From Barthelona sp. PCE (Eukaryota), in contig JAUFOR010000001.1 of NCBI GenBank assembly GCA_040285745.1, forward strand, positions 868,001 to 932,000: DNA of 64,000 bases, read 5' to 3'. The notes below the pieces were generated by a model. That model saw nothing but the letters and a program-made list of their open reading frames with translations. It did not search any database and was not told where the DNA came from. The translations under genes and the position numbers were made by a program. Shown piece after piece: positions 60,180 through 64,000 of this stretch; positions within the stretch are counted from its first letter, which is position 1, and every line of letters begins with the position of its first letter.

Positions 60180-62006
60180 ATGGGCAAAAATACATCTTTT
60201 TCGAAAAAACGTACTGCAGAAAACACCATCAGTCAAACTGACTCTGGCTCTCTGCCACACAAAAAATTGCAAAAAACTGAAGACCTCAATGACACAACTT
60301 TTTTTGAGTCTTTCACCAACGATGGGTATGAATTTTTCGACGTAGACGAACAAGAACTCAACGATTTCCTTGTACAGGAAGTAGATGTTAATTCTGAAGA
60401 GTATATGCGTCTTGTGGGTTCAGCACCAAGTGAATCTGTGCATGTTGAGCAAGATGAGGCCGAAACCGCATCGTTTTCTGTGTCAACAGTGTATCCAGCA
60501 AACACTACCCCATCTCCCAGTGCCGTTTCTGCCTGGGAGTGCTGTGAGTTACATAACTCCCTCATATATTCGCTTGAGGAGAACGGATTCCCTTCCCCAC
60601 TAACTATTCAGACTGAAGTCGTGCCTTATTTAACACTTGGCAGAAATGTTATTATTTCATCACCAACCGGAAGTGGAAAAACGCTGAGTTTTGTACTACC
60701 GGTGCTTAATAGAATCCTGGGCGCTTCTCTTAGTGAGAAATCCCCCTACACCTTGATTGTGGCTCCAACGAGAGAGTTGGCAAAGCAGATCGGTCAGGTT
60801 GTTAATCTCTTCAAAAACGCAGTGAAGAGGCTCCACACGCTCGTCCTTGTGGGTGGAATGTCCATTCAGAAGCAGGAACGCGTCTTACGCAAACTTCCAC
60901 ACGTTGTCATCGGAACCCCTGGTCGAATCATGGACTGCATGTCACGTGGCATCCTAGATATCAGCGAGACCAAGTTTCTCATTTGCGATGAAATCGACAA
61001 AACGCTGAAGCAAAACGACACAGATCCGATCTTTACCGGATTCAACATCAACGGTCAGATAGCCCTCTGTTCCGCAACTGCACTCTTTAATGACGGCCAG
61101 ATGTCTGTTTTCTGTGAGCGCTTTGGCCGTAAGCCGAAGGATTTCAAGGTTTTTGACATCCAAGATGCTGAAATTGTCAGCGCAGATGTAACACTTTTAC
61201 AAGTACGTCTCCAAGACGGCTCTTTTTACTGCCGTGCTCGGTATTTATATGCGCTGCTGCAGGAGTTAGAAACAAACAGCAAAATTATCGTCTTTGTTAA
61301 TGTCATCGATACCGCAAACAAGCTTGCTCGTGTGCTTTCCATTTTGGGCATGACTACGCACGTGCTTCACGCAAAGCAGAAGCAGAAGCAGCGATTTCAG
61401 GTTATTGAAAATTTTGAGAAGAAAAACGGTATCCTTGTTACCACAGATGTTGCATGTCGCGGTATTGATCTCCCGTTTGTCGAAAATGTAATCCATTTTC
61501 ACGTTCCTCGCAGCAGTGAAATCCTGGTGCATAGAAGTGGACGTACAGGAAGAGCCGGTAAGAAGGGATGCGCACACTTGCTTTTCTCAAACAATGATAG
61601 AGGCGCTTGGGCTGCAATCAAGGATGATCTAGAGACCACAGTGATGAACAGAACGCTCTCTACATCTTTATTGTTGAGTACTCAGGAAATTGTGGCGGAA
61701 GCTATCGAGGTTGAAGCCACAGAGCACAGGACAATGAAAGCCGCCACCAAAGATGGCCGAACTCAGCGGATGATGAAAGCTCTTGACTATGCGGATGAAG
61801 ATATTGCAGAGCTCAATGTTGACCTTCAAAAGACGCGTAAAGAACGCAAAAAGATCAATGTGAAGAAGAAGAAGGTGATGGAGCAGGCATTGGCGCACAA
61901 GGGGAAGAAGACAAAAGGTTTTATTGTCGGAAGACCAGAAGTAATGAAGAAGAATACAAAGAACACCCTTGTTGTTAAGAAGCGTCGCTTTGGCTCAGGA
62001 TTATAA
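60180..62006 (+). CDS. DEAD-box RNA helicase (DDX24/MAK5-like)
   Basis: PTGSGKT, PTRELA, GGMSIQKQER, TPGR, DEID, SAT, HRSGRTGR. Confidence 0.9.
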   Translation: MGKNTSFSKKRTAENTISQTDSGSLPHKKLQKTEDLNDTTFFESFTNDGYEFFDVDEQELNDFLVQEVDVNSEEYMRLVGSAPSESVHVEQDEAETASFSVSTVYPANTTPSPSAVSAWECCELHNSLIYSLEENGFPSPLTIQTEVVPYLTLGRNVIISSPTGSGKTLSFVLPVLNRILGASLSEKSPYTLIVAPTRELAKQIGQVVNLFKNAVKRLHTLVLVGGMSIQKQERVLRKLPHVVIGTPGRIMDCMSRGILDISETKFLICDEIDKTLKQNDTDPIFTGFNINGQIALCSATALFNDGQMSVFCERFGRKPKDFKVFDIQDAEIVSADVTLLQVRLQDGSFYCRARYLYALLQELETNSKIIVFVNVIDTANKLARVLSILGMTTHVLHAKQKQKQRFQVIENFEKKNGILVTTDVACRGIDLPFVENVIHFHVPRSSEILVHRSGRTGRAGKKGCAHLLFSNNDRGAWAAIKDDLETTVMNRTLSTSLLLSTQEIVAEAIEVEATEHRTMKAATKDGRTQRMMKALDYADEDIAELNVDLQKTRKERKKINVKKKKVMEQALAHKGKKTKGFIVGRPEVMKKNTKNTLVVKKRRFGSGL

Positions 62007-62043
62007 TCGACTGAATAAACATACACTTAAGTTATTTTTTTTT

Positions 62044-63330
62044 TCAATCTTTTCTTGGCGACCAACGCACATTAAACTCCGGCAAACGCACACTCTGTGT
62101 GTTATTGTTGTGGAACTGCGTCTGCTCATCCTTATCATTGTCATCTTCCATTGTTGTAATAAGGGGGTTAACCTTCAACGACTCAAGGTACTGTTGCTTC
62201 AAAGGCATATCATCTACAACGCCAAAAAGCGACAGCATGTTTGACTGCCTAATGCGGGGGAACTCGGGGAGACGCACAGTCTTTATGGAAGGCGGCTGCA
62301 ATTTAACATTGCGTTTTAAAAAAGATGGGGTTACCGCTTCTTCATCAGAATCATGAATTGCTCTTAATGGTGTGACCGACTCCTGTGGAGCTTTTGAAGT
62401 GGGTTTGCTCACAACTGCGGGCGTACTCTCAATGATTGCATCACGGTTCCAATCGTAAAGAAGCCCAAATTTTGATATCTTATCAACAACAACCCCCAGC
62501 TGACGAGCCCTCTGAAGGAACTTCTTTCGCTGTGGGTGCTGCATGTCATCGTCTGAACAGCATTGAACCATTTTTGAGACACCATCCTTATGAAACCTGA
62601 ACGTGATCGATCCATACACAGCGAGAGCGTACAGAGACATCAGAATCCTGCGCAAGCTACTGATTCCCACGCCAATAAGGGCCACCGACCCTGATGTATC
62701 GTCTATCCGCTCCGGAAACGGGTCTTTTATGAAAAGAGCCGATAGTTGAATGTCCATGACACAGTTCGTCAACACCGAGAGAATAATCCAGCTCAAGGTG
62801 ATACGTGGAACTGTCTGTGGGACACCCTTTGCGTGGTTTATCAGTGCAAACTGTCTGCCTTCATCCCCACTTTGGTTCGGTGAAACAAGAATACCTCCCA
62901 CGTTCTCTATAAGGGTTCTCCATCCGACAGGGAATGAGGAGTCCGCATAGAACACGCATTCCTTAAATAGATCTTCCCTGACCTGCATGGATCTAGATAA
63001 AAAGAGTGAATTGAAGTAGGAAAAGGAGAATGGCGTCTTAAGGTAACTGAATGAGTGTGCCACGGCAATTATATTGCCAGTGATGGTTTTGATATCACCT
63101 GTTTCATTATACTTGTGTAAAAAATCAATACTAACAAACTTATCACATTCTGAACCACTCTGAAGGTAACAATCAAGAGAATTCCCTATGTATACACCTC
63201 TGCTTCGCCCAAAATCATTAATATTAATTCCAACACGAACAACCCTAAAAAAATCACGCAATGTTGATGTGTGTGCATAGATGTCATTCGGACACTGAAA
63301 GAACATCAATGTGCGATTATCTGAAGACAT
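62044..63330 (-). CDS. Hypothetical protein with probable BRCT-like repeats
   Basis: LIENVGG...ITLSWIILSV resembles a BRCT domain. Confidence 0.55.
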   Translation of the reverse strand: MSSDNRTLMFFQCPNDIYAHTSTLRDFFRVVRVGININDFGRSRGVYIGNSLDCYLQSGSECDKFVSIDFLHKYNETGDIKTITGNIIAVAHSFSYLKTPFSFSYFNSLFLSRSMQVREDLFKECVFYADSSFPVGWRTLIENVGGILVSPNQSGDEGRQFALINHAKGVPQTVPRITLSWIILSVLTNCVMDIQLSALFIKDPFPERIDDTSGSVALIGVGISSLRRILMSLYALAVYGSITFRFHKDGVSKMVQCCSDDDMQHPQRKKFLQRARQLGVVVDKISKFGLLYDWNRDAIIESTPAVVSKPTSKAPQESVTPLRAIHDSDEEAVTPSFLKRNVKLQPPSIKTVRLPEFPRIRQSNMLSLFGVVDDMPLKQQYLESLKVNPLITTMEDDNDKDEQTQFHNNNTQSVRLPEFNVRWSPRKD

Positions 63331-63892
63331 TAAAGTACCTGAAAAAATGAAATGGTTGATAACGTTGAATGCAAGATAAAAATCTGTAATTTTCGTTTTC
63401 GCTTCAAAAAGTTTTGATTTTGTTTTGTTAAACCCATAATTTCTTCATCAATCGATGATAAATGCAATACATAACGAGTAACAAAAAAATCCATTCATAA
63501 GCTTGTTCAAGCTCTTTATCTTTTCTAATGAGGTGACATGTGGGTTTGATTGCGCTAAAACAGATAAGTAATAAGAAAAATCGAGAGTTCCAAAAAAACC
63601 TATGAATAACGCTACAGAGAAGTAATAGCTCTTCTTTATCTGCCGACAATGCAATAATATGCAACTTAATGCACGGTATTCCAAAGTAAAGGCATTTAAA
63701 ACTAGAGGTACCACAACCGGCTTAACAGCAAATCAGACTTAATTTTCTGATCTCAAAGTTATTATCCCCCAATACCATTTTTTCTTCAGTTCCCATGTGA
63801 TTCAGGAACCTTACAAAGCAGAACTCTTTGAGAATTCTGCTGTACAACTGTTATATTCATTATCTCTTATTCCTAAGTCACATTGGGTCAAA

Positions 63893-64000
63893 ATGTCTTT
63901 GAATATGGGTCCACTCGACTCTTTGGTAGAAAATTACCTTAGTTGTCGTGCACCTGATGCGGTAACTGCTTTCCAAAAAGCAACAAAGCATAACATCTCA
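63893..64000 (+). CDS. Probable 5' end of a gene with a LisH-like motif (partial)
   Basis: MSLNMGPLDSLVENYLSCRAPDAVTAFQKA... is open to the window end. Confidence 0.4.
   Translation, partial: MSLNMGPLDSLVENYLSCRAPDAVTAFQKATKHNIS

Noticed and set aside
63428-63714. Two short overlapping minus-strand ORFs
   Set aside because: AT-rich with no recognisable motif; cannot be supported as genes

Overview
Gene-dense, intron-poor DNA from a flagellated unicellular eukaryote using the standard genetic code. About 36 host genes are packed with very short or overlapping intergenic spacers, including CCDC93, a MAP3K, a formin, NMNAT, TRM11, CEP76-like, CC2D2A, RPGRIP1L-like, IFT80, eIF2-beta, TTLL, proteasome beta-2, a UBR E3 ligase, OAT, PP2A B'', AMPK-gamma and a DEAD-box helicase. 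The main feature is a 6.09-kb tyrosine-recombinase retrotransposon (31043-37131) with identical split direct repeats (A1...B1-A2-B2). It encodes RT, RNase H and the tyrosine recombinase in one ORF and is inserted at a GGT core in codon 41 of an otherwise intact ABCA transporter gene. The insert is bounded by GT...AG, so removing it as an intron would restore ABCA exactly, and its four ORFs meet at junctions that resemble translational recoding sites. I found only one convincing host spliceosomal intron (proteasome beta-2; 215 nt, structured). Gene names come from motif recognition by eye; no database search was run.
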